Source: Fibrobacteria bacterium
Lineage (GTDB): Bacteria; Fibrobacterota; Fibrobacteria; UBA11236
NCBI GenBank assembly: GCA_043745805.1
Contig: JAYTSD010000046.1
Span: forward strand, 32,001-96,000
Direction of reading: 5' to 3'
DNA: 64,000 nt
Under the pieces are notes generated by a model. It did not search any database. It was given only the letters and a program-made list of their open reading frames with translations, and was not told the origin of the DNA. Shown piece by piece: positions 1-8,915 of this stretch; positions within the stretch are counted from its first letter, which is position 1; every line of letters begins with the position of its first letter. Made by a program: the position numbers and the translations under genes.

Positions 1-2
1 AT

Positions 3-905
3 GTGGATCCGTATAATATGAAGACAATGGCGAGAGTATTACCGAGGTTACGTATCTATGATGAGGAAGTTCATGAAGGTCGGGTCTTAGCGGATCGCTT
101 GGACAATGGAGAACAAATAGGCGTATGCATGTTGAGTTTTGAATATCAAATGAAAACTTCGGCCTATGAAAAATGGTTTAAAAAAATTGGTAAAACCGGC
201 GAATTGCAAAGACTACAAAATGTACTCACTCTGCAAAGAGAGAAAAAACTTCCTACCCTTGATTTGGTGGCCTTAGCCAGTGTTTGTCGTTGGGTACGAG
301 AAGCGAAAGACGATAAATCCATTCCTTTGGATTGGCTGGAAATGGCTTTGCAAAGTTATCATGAGGGCGATTTTTCCGTGGAAGCGGGCGAGTCTGCTAA
401 AGCATTAGGCCCTGCTATGGCTTCGGCAGGGGCAAAAGTTTTTGGTTCGCGTATTACCGGTAACTTCCATGTTAAGTCTTATCCGGATTGGGTGGGGCGT
501 GATTTACTTACTCGCTCCTTTCAAAAGGTGATGGATGATGGATTACTCGATCCTAAGGCCTTAGTCACTCAAAACATGTTACGGGATTCGGTTTTGGAAG
601 CTTTGCTTAATAACCCTAAAATCAATCAAGCCCCCGGATTAGTAGGGTTTGTAGCCACTATGTGTCGTTCCCTTAGTGTACTTTCAAAAATAGCGAAGGA
701 TCGGCAATTGCATTCAGGCTTTGCTAACCGTGATGTCCCTTTAGCTTTAATTTCTAATCCCTGTAATATACCCATGTCCTTGTTACATGGGTTTATTAAT
801 ACACGATATGTCAGTATGCTAGATTTACGGCGTATAGAAAAAACTAAAACGGGTATTCGCCGCGAAGTAAGAGAGGAAATCACCCATTTTTTAAAAACGC
901 TTTAA
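3..905 (+). CDS. Hypothetical protein, probably 5'-truncated at the window edge; C-terminus looks like short helical repeats
   Basis: 300-aa ORF open from the window start; repeated 'ALLNNPKI' / 'LALISNPCNIP' segments; no recognisable catalytic motif. Confidence 0.6.
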   Translation: MDPYNMKTMARVLPRLRIYDEEVHEGRVLADRLDNGEQIGVCMLSFEYQMKTSAYEKWFKKIGKTGELQRLQNVLTLQREKKLPTLDLVALASVCRWVREAKDDKSIPLDWLEMALQSYHEGDFSVEAGESAKALGPAMASAGAKVFGSRITGNFHVKSYPDWVGRDLLTRSFQKVMDDGLLDPKALVTQNMLRDSVLEALLNNPKINQAPGLVGFVATMCRSLSVLSKIAKDRQLHSGFANRDVPLALISNPCNIPMSLLHGFINTRYVSMLDLRRIEKTKTGIRREVREEITHFLKTL

Positions 906-912
906 TTTTTTT

Positions 913-2013
913 TTAGACTTTAGGTAAAGCAAAATTGCCTCCTGTAACATAAATGGTACGGGTAGGGTAAGCGAACTTTATTCCGCGCGTGTTACATTCT
1001 TCAATTAAAATCAAATTAATTTCTTGTTGAATATCCATAAAACGATTGTAGGCAGGTACGGTTACAAAATAAACAACTTCAAAATTTAAGCTAGAGTCGC
1101 CAAATCCGGTAAAATGTGCACGATCAAAATTTGTATCAGCAATATTTTCAATTACGGCCTGAATAAGTTTGGGCATTTCTTTAAGGGCCGATAAAGGTGT
1201 ATCGTAGGTTAAGCCAAAGGTGAATAAGGCTCGGCGTTTTTGCAAGCGTTTAAAATTTTGTACTCGTGAATCGGTTAAATTCTTATTGGAAAAAATAATC
1301 TCCTCTCCGCTCATGCTTCGCACTCGCGTGGTTTTGAGGCCGATATGTTCTACTTCACCAATAAAAGCATCTACTTTAATGGTATCCCCTACCACGAAAG
1401 GTCTATCGAAAAATATCACAAAATGACTAAAGAGATCACCTAATAATGTTTGTGCCGCTAGAGCCACCGCAATGCCGGTAATGCCCATACCGGCTACAAA
1501 GGCAGAGACCTTTACCCCTAAATTATCTAGTAAAAGTATGCCGCCAATAATCCACACAATAATTTTAATGGTGGTGATAATCCCATTCAGATTTTTAGCA
1601 TGACTTAAATCATTTTCTTTATCCTGCGATAGCCAAAATTGTTGTAAAGCATAATGCACTCCGGCCATGACACTGCGAATACCCAAAAAAGTGATAGTGA
1701 TAGTCACTAGTATGCTTGCTGCATGATGAATCATAGGCTTCACATTTAATCCGCGTAAACTGAACTGCAATACTAGTACATAAAAAACGGGCAAAGCATT
1801 TTTTTCAATGAGAGACACGAGAAAATCATCAAAAGTGGTATCGGTTTTACGCGACCATTTTTTTAATGTGCGCACAACGATGCGCTCAAAAATTTTAACA
1901 GCCACTAAGCCTAAAGATACAGAGATCAAAAACACAGTATAATCACGCAAGGAATTCCCTAACCATTGGGCGGCCATAATATTTTTGCTTTCAAGCATTA
2001 AACTATCAACCAT
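913..2013 (-). CDS. mscS: Small-conductance mechanosensitive channel (MscS family)
   Basis: GITGIAVALAAQTLLGDLFS, DRPFVVGDTI, GEVEHIGLKTTRVRS and C-terminal GIKFAYPTRT motifs. Confidence 0.93.
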   Translation of the reverse strand: MVDSLMLESKNIMAAQWLGNSLRDYTVFLISVSLGLVAVKIFERIVVRTLKKWSRKTDTTFDDFLVSLIEKNALPVFYVLVLQFSLRGLNVKPMIHHAASILVTITITFLGIRSVMAGVHYALQQFWLSQDKENDLSHAKNLNGIITTIKIIVWIIGGILLLDNLGVKVSAFVAGMGITGIAVALAAQTLLGDLFSHFVIFFDRPFVVGDTIKVDAFIGEVEHIGLKTTRVRSMSGEEIIFSNKNLTDSRVQNFKRLQKRRALFTFGLTYDTPLSALKEMPKLIQAVIENIADTNFDRAHFTGFGDSSLNFEVVYFVTVPAYNRFMDIQQEINLILIEECNTRGIKFAYPTRTIYVTGGNFALPKV

Positions 2014-2120
2014 AACTTTCCTAACTTTCTTTCATCAAAGAGCCTGTGATGAGGCTTACTGAAGTTTCCCACAAAATATACTTTTGCAAAGGATAACAAT
2101 ATGTAATGAAGGGGTGTTTT

Positions 2121-2828
2121 TTGGATAGTTTAGCGCTCGGATCCATGGGAAGTGATGCTTCGGTTTGGATTGCCTTTTTAAAAATACTTTTTATCGATAT
2201 TGTTTTATCCGGCGACAATGCGGTAGTTATTGCCATGGCTGTGCGTTCCTTAGCTCCTAAGCAAAGGCGCAAAGGGATTTTATTTGGCGCTGGAGCAGCG
2301 GTATTGCTCCGCTTGGTTTTAACAGGATTTGCCACTTGGTTATTACACGTTCCCTTAATAAAATTTTTCGGTGGTTTTTTAATATTGTGGATCGCAGTAA
2401 AATTGTTGCGGGAAGAAAGTTTTGAAGAAGGCCATGGCAAGCATGCGGAAACTATTTGGCATGCGGTATGGATGATTTTGATTGCAGACATTACTATGTC
2501 GGTAGATAATATTTTAGCCATTGCCGGTGCGGCGAATGGCAATTTCTTTTTGCTTTTACTGGGTTTAGGCTTAAGTATTCCACTAGTATTGTTTACCTCC
2601 AATCTATTAGCAAATTTAATGGCCAAGTTTCCCGCTATTGTTTTTGTAGGCGCAGGCATATTGGCGCATGTGGGCAGTGAAATGATCTTTTCAGATCCTT
2701 GGGTGGAAAAATATTTGCAACCATCGAAAACTTTATTGCATTCTTGGATGGCTCTGTGTATTGGTGGGGTTTTAATTTCGGGTTGGCAATTTAAGCAAAA
2801 GCAAAAAAAGCGAATTCGCGAGACGTAA
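2121..2828 (+). CDS. TerC/YjbE family integral membrane protein
   Basis: DIVLSGDNAVVIAMA and ADITMSVDNILAIAG signatures; TTG at 2121 follows GAAGGGG (ORF track start 2106). Confidence 0.88.
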   Translation: MDSLALGSMGSDASVWIAFLKILFIDIVLSGDNAVVIAMAVRSLAPKQRRKGILFGAGAAVLLRLVLTGFATWLLHVPLIKFFGGFLILWIAVKLLREESFEEGHGKHAETIWHAVWMILIADITMSVDNILAIAGAANGNFFLLLLGLGLSIPLVLFTSNLLANLMAKFPAIVFVGAGILAHVGSEMIFSDPWVEKYLQPSKTLLHSWMALCIGGVLISGWQFKQKQKKRIRET

Positions 2829-2891
2829 AGATTTTGCTATTAGTATAATGGAATTATGTAAATCGATGGTTTGATTCGGATTTGCCCAGAA

Positions 2892-2911
2892 TTTTCGTGG
2901 TAAATATTCCC
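2892..2911 (+). promoter_or_regulatory. Upstream motif TTTTCGTGGTAWATWTTCCC, copy 1
   Basis: 18/20 identical to 4394-4413, which lies upstream of the paralogous gene. Confidence 0.5.
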
Positions 2912-3023
2912 ATTTTCTTTTATTTTAAACACCAAACGACTTTTCATTACTAAATATTTGTATTTCAAAAGCATTTTTTAGTTTCCTCGGCAATATTAAT
3001 TAGATTTTTCCGCTGCAAAAGGA

Positions 3024-3039
3024 TGTGAGCCTGCTCATA
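3024..3039. promoter_or_regulatory. CRP/FNR-family-like site TGTGA-N6-TCATA
   Basis: One mismatch to TGTGA-N6-TCACA, intergenic, about 40 bp upstream of the 3082 start. Confidence 0.35.
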
Positions 3040-3081
3040 GTGCCTTTCAAATAAAATCGATCATTAATCATGGAGATATAT

Positions 3082-4290
3082 ATGGGGTTTAATAAAATAT
3101 TAAGCAGCTTGATTGTTGCTGGAAGTGTTTGCTTTGCGAGTGCGCAAACGGCAGTTAATGTAACGGGTACAGTACTCGATACAAGAAATAATGCGAAAAT
3201 TGCTGGTGCGGTTGTTCGTTTGGCATTTAATCCTGCGATAACAGCGACTACCGATGCGAATGGCGCCTTCACTTTGACTGGCACTACTGCAATTAACCGT
3301 AAAAATACTAATTCAAAATCGGGCTTTGACATTTCATTAGTTGGAACAGAAATTAATTTGTCGGTAAACGGTAATGAAAAATTAGTTAACGTCGATCTAT
3401 ATACTTTAAACAATAAATTTGTTAAAAATGTTTTTAACAAAAATCTTGTTTCGGGCGAATATAAACTGAATACAAATATTTCGAATTTGAGTGCAGGATT
3501 ATATTTCGTTCATGCTAAAATTGGTAACGAAATGCGTGTTTTAAAGATGTCGACATTGAATAATTCTGCAAACGCATCCGGTTTTGTTAAAATTAATTCA
3601 AAAAAATCAGTGGCTGCAAAAATCAATGTAGATGCGGTAGATTCGGTAGTTATAATGAAAACGGGGTATAAAAGAAAATCTTTACAATTGTTAGCCTATA
3701 CAGGAACAAAGACAGCATTCATTGATACCATTTTCCCGATATTTAAATTATGGGCTTCGGATAGAAAAGCACCCAGTATGCAAAATTGGGGTAAAGGTGA
3801 TGGACAAGTAGATGTCGCTATTTTTGATTATATCGATGCAACACATTTAACCTTGCCAGTATCCTCTACGGATAAAGTGGAAGGCAAAGATGCATCTAAA
3901 ATAAATTTCAATACTGGATCGGCTTATTCAGCATGGGGCGCAATCGTAAATGGAACAACGGTGGGCGTGGATCTTTCTGAATATACAAACGGCTCAATAC
4001 AATTTTATATTAAAGGCGATGTCCCCAATGTCAGCGTAGCAGTAGGCTCAGTTGGCGGTCTTGGTGGAAATGCTGATGTAACAGCCTATGGTTATCTCCC
4101 AGATGGCGCTTGGCATAATATTGTTATTCCGATGTCAGTGTTTGCAGCAGATATGAGTCAAGTGAATAAATTTTTCGGTTTCGGAACTCCAGGTCCAACC
4201 GACACTTTTGCCTATGATTTCACACAATATTATATTTTGGATGATGTGCTTTTCAGCACTGGATTGACTAAAGTAACTCCAGCACCATAG
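3082..4290 (+). CDS. Secreted protein: signal peptide, carboxypeptidase-regulatory-like domain with inserted Por/T9SS-CTD-like module, C-terminal CBM-like jelly-roll
   Basis: Signal peptide ending ASA-Q; VTGTV..IAGAVV..TTDANGAFTL; DLYTLN..LSAGLYFV; VDLSEY..QFYIKG..WHNIVIPMSVF..ILDDV; GGAG precedes ATG 3082. Confidence 0.7.
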   Translation: MGFNKILSSLIVAGSVCFASAQTAVNVTGTVLDTRNNAKIAGAVVRLAFNPAITATTDANGAFTLTGTTAINRKNTNSKSGFDISLVGTEINLSVNGNEKLVNVDLYTLNNKFVKNVFNKNLVSGEYKLNTNISNLSAGLYFVHAKIGNEMRVLKMSTLNNSANASGFVKINSKKSVAAKINVDAVDSVVIMKTGYKRKSLQLLAYTGTKTAFIDTIFPIFKLWASDRKAPSMQNWGKGDGQVDVAIFDYIDATHLTLPVSSTDKVEGKDASKINFNTGSAYSAWGAIVNGTTVGVDLSEYTNGSIQFYIKGDVPNVSVAVGSVGGLGGNADVTAYGYLPDGAWHNIVIPMSVFAADMSQVNKFFGFGTPGPTDTFAYDFTQYYILDDVLFSTGLTKVTPAP

Positions 4291-4311
4291 TTTTTTCAAA
4301 GCTAATTTTAT

Positions 4312-4337
4312 GGCAGGGTGTTAGCCCTGCCTTTTTT
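4312..4337 (+). terminator. Intrinsic terminator
   Basis: GGCAGGG-tgttag-CCCTGCC followed by T6, 21 bp after the stop. Confidence 0.85.
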
Positions 4338-4393
4338 ATTTAATCGAGTATTTTAACACAAACAGATACCCATTCACAAATGATTAGTTAAAT

Positions 4394-4413
4394 TTTTCGT
4401 GGTATATTTTCCC
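4394..4413 (+). promoter_or_regulatory. Upstream motif TTTTCGTGGTAWATWTTCCC, copy 2; contains extended -10-like TGgTATATT
   Basis: 18/20 identical to 2892-2911. Confidence 0.5.
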
Positions 4414-4604
4414 GATTAATATCGCATTAATGAAATTGTTACTATGGGGATAATGCAAAAGTGATTTTGGTATGCAAACTTTTCGCATTTCGTACAAATA
4501 AATTGTTAACTTTTCCACCCTGAAAGAAACTTTTTTGAGTTTAAGTACTTAAAAGAGTTTTTCGTTATAAATTCATTTTGGGATTCATTTTAAGGGAGTA
4601 ACAT

Positions 4605-5792
4605 ATGGGATTGAAGAAAAGTATTCTTTGCGGCATGCTCGTAGTAAGCGGCGCTTTAACTATTAACACATTAGCTGCAACCGTCACAGGTACCGTTAAA
4701 AATGCAGATACTCAAGCAGCTATTGCAGGAGCTAAAATCACTACCTTGCTTTACCCTGGCGATTCAACAATTTCCGATGCAAATGGTGCATTCAGCATGA
4801 CCGTTAATGTAGTAGGAATTAATAACAAGTTTGTACAAGCCAAGAACAATGTTCAAAATTTTGGTTCCGATTTAAAATTTTCACTTATTCAAAAAACAAC
4901 GGTTTCGGTGGATGTTTTCAACTTAAAAGGCAGCCATTTGTCGACTTTGATTCATAGAGAAATGCCAGCGGGTCAATTCAATCTAAATGCTTCTGTGGCT
5001 GGGTTGTCGTCGGGTAATTATTTGTTTGTGGTGAATATGGGTGGTCAAGTAAAAGGCTTTAATTTTTCGACCTTGGGAAATCAATTTTTTGCCAATAACT
5101 TGCAAGAATTAAATTCCAAACCCAATATCCTTGCCAAAAAATCTATTGTTGACTCCACGGTTACCGTTGATTATTTAGTCGTAATTAAAGACGGTTATCT
5201 TTTGAAAAATGCCAATATTTTTGATTATGCTGAACCCGTTCAGGTTATGTTAAAACCAAGTGGTATGGCGACAGCAAATTTGAATATTTATTCCGAAGGC
5301 CCTGGCCCAATGATTGATTTCGCAAATGGCAATGGAACTATTTATGTTTGGGAATCCACTTGTACTTTGCTTTCCGATTCAACTAATAATATTGGACATG
5401 AAGGAACCCGAGGCATGTTAGTTACCAAGGCTGGCTTAACTTGGAGTGGTTGGGCATTTCACGTGACCAATCGTTTCCCTGGCATGGGTCAATCTTCAGT
5501 AGATATGTCAGGGTATACAGGAGGTTCAGTTCATTTTTGGGTTAAATCTGCCGATAGCAGCCTTGCCTTAGGTGTGAGCTCTACTGATCAAGGTCAATCG
5601 CCTTCTGTGATTTTAAAAGATAGTGTATCATTTGGTTATCAACCTGATAATGCATGGCATGAAGTAAATGTTCCTTTCACAGCATTCCCAACGATTGACT
5701 TGAAACATATATTCGTTTATGCAGCTTTTATCACGACTACTGGTGATACTTCCTCTTATATTGTGGATGATATTTATTACAAAAAACCTTAA
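4605..5792 (+). CDS. Secreted protein, paralog of 3082-4290 with the same architecture
   Basis: VTGTVKNA..IAGAKI..SDANGAFSM; VDVFNLKG..LSSGNYLF; KDGY; VDMSGY..HFWVKS..WHEVNVPFTAF..IVDDIYY; AAGGGAG RBS. Confidence 0.7.
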   Translation: MGLKKSILCGMLVVSGALTINTLAATVTGTVKNADTQAAIAGAKITTLLYPGDSTISDANGAFSMTVNVVGINNKFVQAKNNVQNFGSDLKFSLIQKTTVSVDVFNLKGSHLSTLIHREMPAGQFNLNASVAGLSSGNYLFVVNMGGQVKGFNFSTLGNQFFANNLQELNSKPNILAKKSIVDSTVTVDYLVVIKDGYLLKNANIFDYAEPVQVMLKPSGMATANLNIYSEGPGPMIDFANGNGTIYVWESTCTLLSDSTNNIGHEGTRGMLVTKAGLTWSGWAFHVTNRFPGMGQSSVDMSGYTGGSVHFWVKSADSSLALGVSSTDQGQSPSVILKDSVSFGYQPDNAWHEVNVPFTAFPTIDLKHIFVYAAFITTTGDTSSYIVDDIYYKKP

Positions 5793-5815
5793 TTGGGATT
5801 TTACATTTTGATTTT

Positions 5816-5843
5816 AAGGCAGGGCTAATCCCCTGCCTTTTTT
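5816..5843 (+). terminator. Intrinsic terminator overlapping the lgt 3' end
   Basis: AAGGCAGGG-ctaatc-CCCTGCCTT plus T run; same stem as 4312-4337. Confidence 0.8.
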
Positions 5844-6679
5844 GTTTCCCGATGTTTTAAGATAAAGAACAATACAATTCCTGCAGTCATCATTCCTACA
5901 CAAAGAATTTGACCCATAGAAAAGGGTCCAATGATAAAGCCTAAATGCGCATCAGGTTGACGAAAAAATTCCAAGAAAAAACGGATAAAGCCATAACCAA
6001 ATAGGTAAAGCGAAGCCATTGTTCCTTCAGGCTTTTTTATTTTGCGTAGGTTCCAAAGAATAAAAAATAATAATATGCCTTCAAATGCCGCTTCATAAAG
6101 TTGGGAGGGATGCCTTAATTCTAAAGTTGGTGCGGCGGGAAAGTACATGCCAATAGGTGCGGAGGTTACTCTGCCCCAAAGTTCTCCATTAATAAAATTC
6201 CCTAAACGTCCAAAAGTATAACCTAAAGGTGCAGCGGGAAAAAACAAATCGGACAAATTCCAATAATTTGCTTTATGCTTTTTGCAGAAGATAGCGCAAG
6301 CAACCATCACACCAATAATTCCGCCATGATAGGACATTCCAGATATGCCGGTAAAATGAATACTGCCGCCGCTGGATTGAAATGGCAAAATTATTTCTAA
6401 GGGATGCTTTGCATAATAAGCCAAATTATAAAAGACTACATAACCGAGGCGGCCTCCAATGAGCACACCTAAAAAAGCATAGGTGAGCAAGTTTTTAATA
6501 AATTCATCTTCATAAGGAAAATCTTTTTCCTTTTTGATGCGGTGGCTGGCTAGCAAGTATGTTGTGGTAAAGGCGATGATATACATTAGGCCATACCATT
6601 GTAGTCGAAAGGAGCCGAGGGAAAATATAACCGGATCCATGTGTTCGGGTAAATGCTGCCACCATTGTATAAAATCCAT
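5825..6679 (-). CDS. lgt: Prolipoprotein diacylglyceryl transferase
   Basis: WYGLMY, GGRLGYV, GMSYHGG, GRLGNFINGELWGR, HPSQLYEA, RFFLEFFRQPD. Confidence 0.97.
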   Translation of the reverse strand: MDFIQWWQHLPEHMDPVIFSLGSFRLQWYGLMYIIAFTTTYLLASHRIKKEKDFPYEDEFIKNLLTYAFLGVLIGGRLGYVVFYNLAYYAKHPLEIILPFQSSGGSIHFTGISGMSYHGGIIGVMVACAIFCKKHKANYWNLSDLFFPAAPLGYTFGRLGNFINGELWGRVTSAPIGMYFPAAPTLELRHPSQLYEAAFEGILLFFILWNLRKIKKPEGTMASLYLFGYGFIRFFLEFFRQPDAHLGFIIGPFSMGQILCVGMMTAGIVLFFILKHRETKKAGD

Positions 6680-6804
6680 ATAAGCCCTCTTGGTTTTTGT
6701 TAGAAGGTAGAAATTGCGAGAAAATCAAAGTATGTAAATTGTAAATTGCCTCCACCCATTTGTTGCTAAATTCAATAATGGATTGTGGATATAAGGAGTG
6801 CACT

Positions 6805-7707
6805 TTGAGCATTAACCCAGATGAAATCAAACAAACTTTTCGCGAGGTGCAGGATCATATTTGCCAATTTGTGCAAGAGATGGATGGCAAGGCTTATCGT
6901 GAGGACAATTGGGGTTTTGCGCATGGTGAAGGCGGAGGGCGTTCGCGCTTATGGGAGAATGCAAATCTCTTAGAAAAAGGCGGCGTTAATTTTTCGGCGA
7001 TTATCGGCGATTCCTTGCCCCCATCTGCGGCGACACAATTTAAAATTCCACCTGGAACACCTTATTTAGCGACTGGTGTTAGCCTTGTTTTGCATCCGCG
7101 CAGTCCTTTGATTCCCACTATTCACATGAATATTCGTTATTTCCAAGCAGGCGATATTTGGTGGTTTGGAGGTGGCGTAGATGTTACCCCTTATTATCCC
7201 GAAGAAAAAGAAGTGATTTACTATCATAAACAATTGCAGGCTTTGTGTGGCGAGCATGGCAAAGATTATGCGCAATTAAAAGAAGAATGTGACAAATATT
7301 TTTATCTCAAGCATCGCGATGAAGCGCGTGGCGTGGGTGGATTATTTTTTGATCATGTGCATACCGACAAAGCTAAAGATTTAGCTTTTGTAAAAGGCTT
7401 GGGAATGGCTTTCCCTGCCTTGTATAAATCATTTATCGAAAATCATCGTGAGCAAACATTCACTGAAGCGCAGCGGAATTTTCAACTTTATCGGCGTGGG
7501 CGTTATGTGGAATTTAATTTGATTTATGATCGCGGCACTTTGTTTGGTTTGCAATCCAATGGGAGAACGGAATCGATTCTTATGTCCTTACCGGCGGTGG
7601 CGCATTGGGTTTATGATTATAAACCGGAGGCTGGTTCGGCGGAAGCTAGGCTTACGGAGTTCTTTTTAAAGCCGCAGGATTGGATTAATAGAAATATTAT
7701 TAGCTAG
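6805..7707 (+). CDS. hemF: Oxygen-dependent coproporphyrinogen III oxidase
   Basis: EKGGVNFS, HMNIRYF, WWFGGG.D.TP, RGVGGLFFD, RRGRYVEFNLIYDRGTLFGL; TTG 6805 after AAGGAG (track start 6760). Confidence 0.95.
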   Translation: MSINPDEIKQTFREVQDHICQFVQEMDGKAYREDNWGFAHGEGGGRSRLWENANLLEKGGVNFSAIIGDSLPPSAATQFKIPPGTPYLATGVSLVLHPRSPLIPTIHMNIRYFQAGDIWWFGGGVDVTPYYPEEKEVIYYHKQLQALCGEHGKDYAQLKEECDKYFYLKHRDEARGVGGLFFDHVHTDKAKDLAFVKGLGMAFPALYKSFIENHREQTFTEAQRNFQLYRRGRYVEFNLIYDRGTLFGLQSNGRTESILMSLPAVAHWVYDYKPEAGSAEARLTEFFLKPQDWINRNIIS

Positions 7708-7716
7708 GGTTAGTTT

Positions 7717-8715
7717 ATGTTATTTGCAAAAAAAATAAAAGTTCGGTCGGATATTAAGGAATTAAACGATTTAGGTTTTAGTAGTAGTGATAATGGCGCG
7801 CGTCGACAGGTGAATCCTGATGGCAGCTTTAATGTGGAGCGTCGTGGCTTGCCTTGGCGTGCCGATGGGTTTTATCATACCTTGCTGACTATATCCTGGT
7901 TCAAATTTAATGGCTTGGTCATTGGCGCATATACCGTAGCTAATATTTTCTTTGCCACTATTTATTATGCTATTGGCTTGGATAATATGGCCGGAAGTAC
8001 GGCGCAAACCTGTGCTCAAAAATTTGCTGATGCTTTATTTTTTAGTGCGCAAACTTTAACGACGGTTGGTTATGGCCGCATTAGTCCGGTGGGCGTCGCT
8101 TCTAGCTCGGTCGCGGCTTTCGAATCATTAACAGGATTATTGGGTTTTGCTTTAGCCACAGGTTTATTATATGGACGATTTTCCCGGCCACAAGCACATT
8201 TATTATTTAGTGAGCAAGCGCTCATTGCGCCTTATAAAGATAAATCGGGTTTTATGTTTCGCATTGCCAATGGACGTAGTAATCAATTAATTAATGTGGA
8301 AGTACAAGTAGCCTTGTCCTTTTCGGAAATTGTAAATGGGGTAACTTCGCGAAGATTTTATCAACTCGCTTTGGAAAGGGAGAAAATTGATTTTTTTCCT
8401 TTGAGTTGGACTATTGTGCATCCGATTGATGAGCAAAGTCCTTTATATGGTTTCGACAAAAATGCTTTGGAAGAAAGTGATTGTGAAATGATGATACTCA
8501 TTAAAGCTTTTGATGATGTGTTTTCGCAGTCGGTGCATGCGCGTCGTTCGTATAAGTTTCATGAAATAGTTTGGGGGGCGAAATTTACCAAGATATTTAC
8601 CCCTTCGGCCAATGGAAAAACCATTATTCAATTGGATAAAATTTCGGAATATGAAATTGTCGACTTGCCAATTAGACTCGGCATTGGCGATACTAATATC
8701 GAAGCTGCTGTTTAA
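7717..8715 (+). CDS. Inward-rectifier (KirBac-type) potassium channel
   Basis: FFSAQTLTTVGYG filter, RFSRP, FRIANGR, WTIVHPIDEQSPL, SYKFHEIVWG. Confidence 0.92.
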   Translation: MLFAKKIKVRSDIKELNDLGFSSSDNGARRQVNPDGSFNVERRGLPWRADGFYHTLLTISWFKFNGLVIGAYTVANIFFATIYYAIGLDNMAGSTAQTCAQKFADALFFSAQTLTTVGYGRISPVGVASSSVAAFESLTGLLGFALATGLLYGRFSRPQAHLLFSEQALIAPYKDKSGFMFRIANGRSNQLINVEVQVALSFSEIVNGVTSRRFYQLALEREKIDFFPLSWTIVHPIDEQSPLYGFDKNALEESDCEMMILIKAFDDVFSQSVHARRSYKFHEIVWGAKFTKIFTPSANGKTIIQLDKISEYEIVDLPIRLGIGDTNIEAAV

Positions 8716-8756
8716 GCAAATTGAAGCGGATTTGTAAAGCAAAACCCTAAAAAATT

Positions 8757-8777
8757 AACCTACTATAACAGTATGTT
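8757..8777. promoter_or_regulatory. Putative Rrf2/CymR operator, cysD-distal (AACCTACT-N5-AGTATGTT)
   Basis: Near-perfect inverted repeat; same pattern at 8865-8885 and 59653-59673. Confidence 0.5.
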
Positions 8778-8864
8778 TTTGGTTCATTAACTTCGAATCT
8801 TAAAAAAAAATGGCTTTCAAGGCTTATTTTAAAGGGATTTTGGGTTTGATAGAATTTTCCATTT

Positions 8865-8885
8865 AACTTACTAAACTAATATGTT
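8865..8885. promoter_or_regulatory. Putative Rrf2/CymR operator, cysD-proximal (AACTTACT-N5-AATATGTT)
   Basis: Inverted repeat extended by TT/AA flanks, 30 bp upstream of the cysD ATG. Confidence 0.55.
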
Positions 8886-8915
8886 AATATTCTTCCCTTC
8901 TTAACTGAGGCGAAC

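Noticed and set aside
2014..2120. yybP-ykoY Mn riboswitch upstream of the TerC-family gene
   Set aside because: Conserved core motifs are not visible and the region is a short divergent promoter
2021..3440. Antisense ORFs 2021-2659 and 3000-3440, and the many other short overlapping ORFs in the track
   Set aside because: They are shadows of well-supported genes on the opposite strand or frame, with no motifs or RBS
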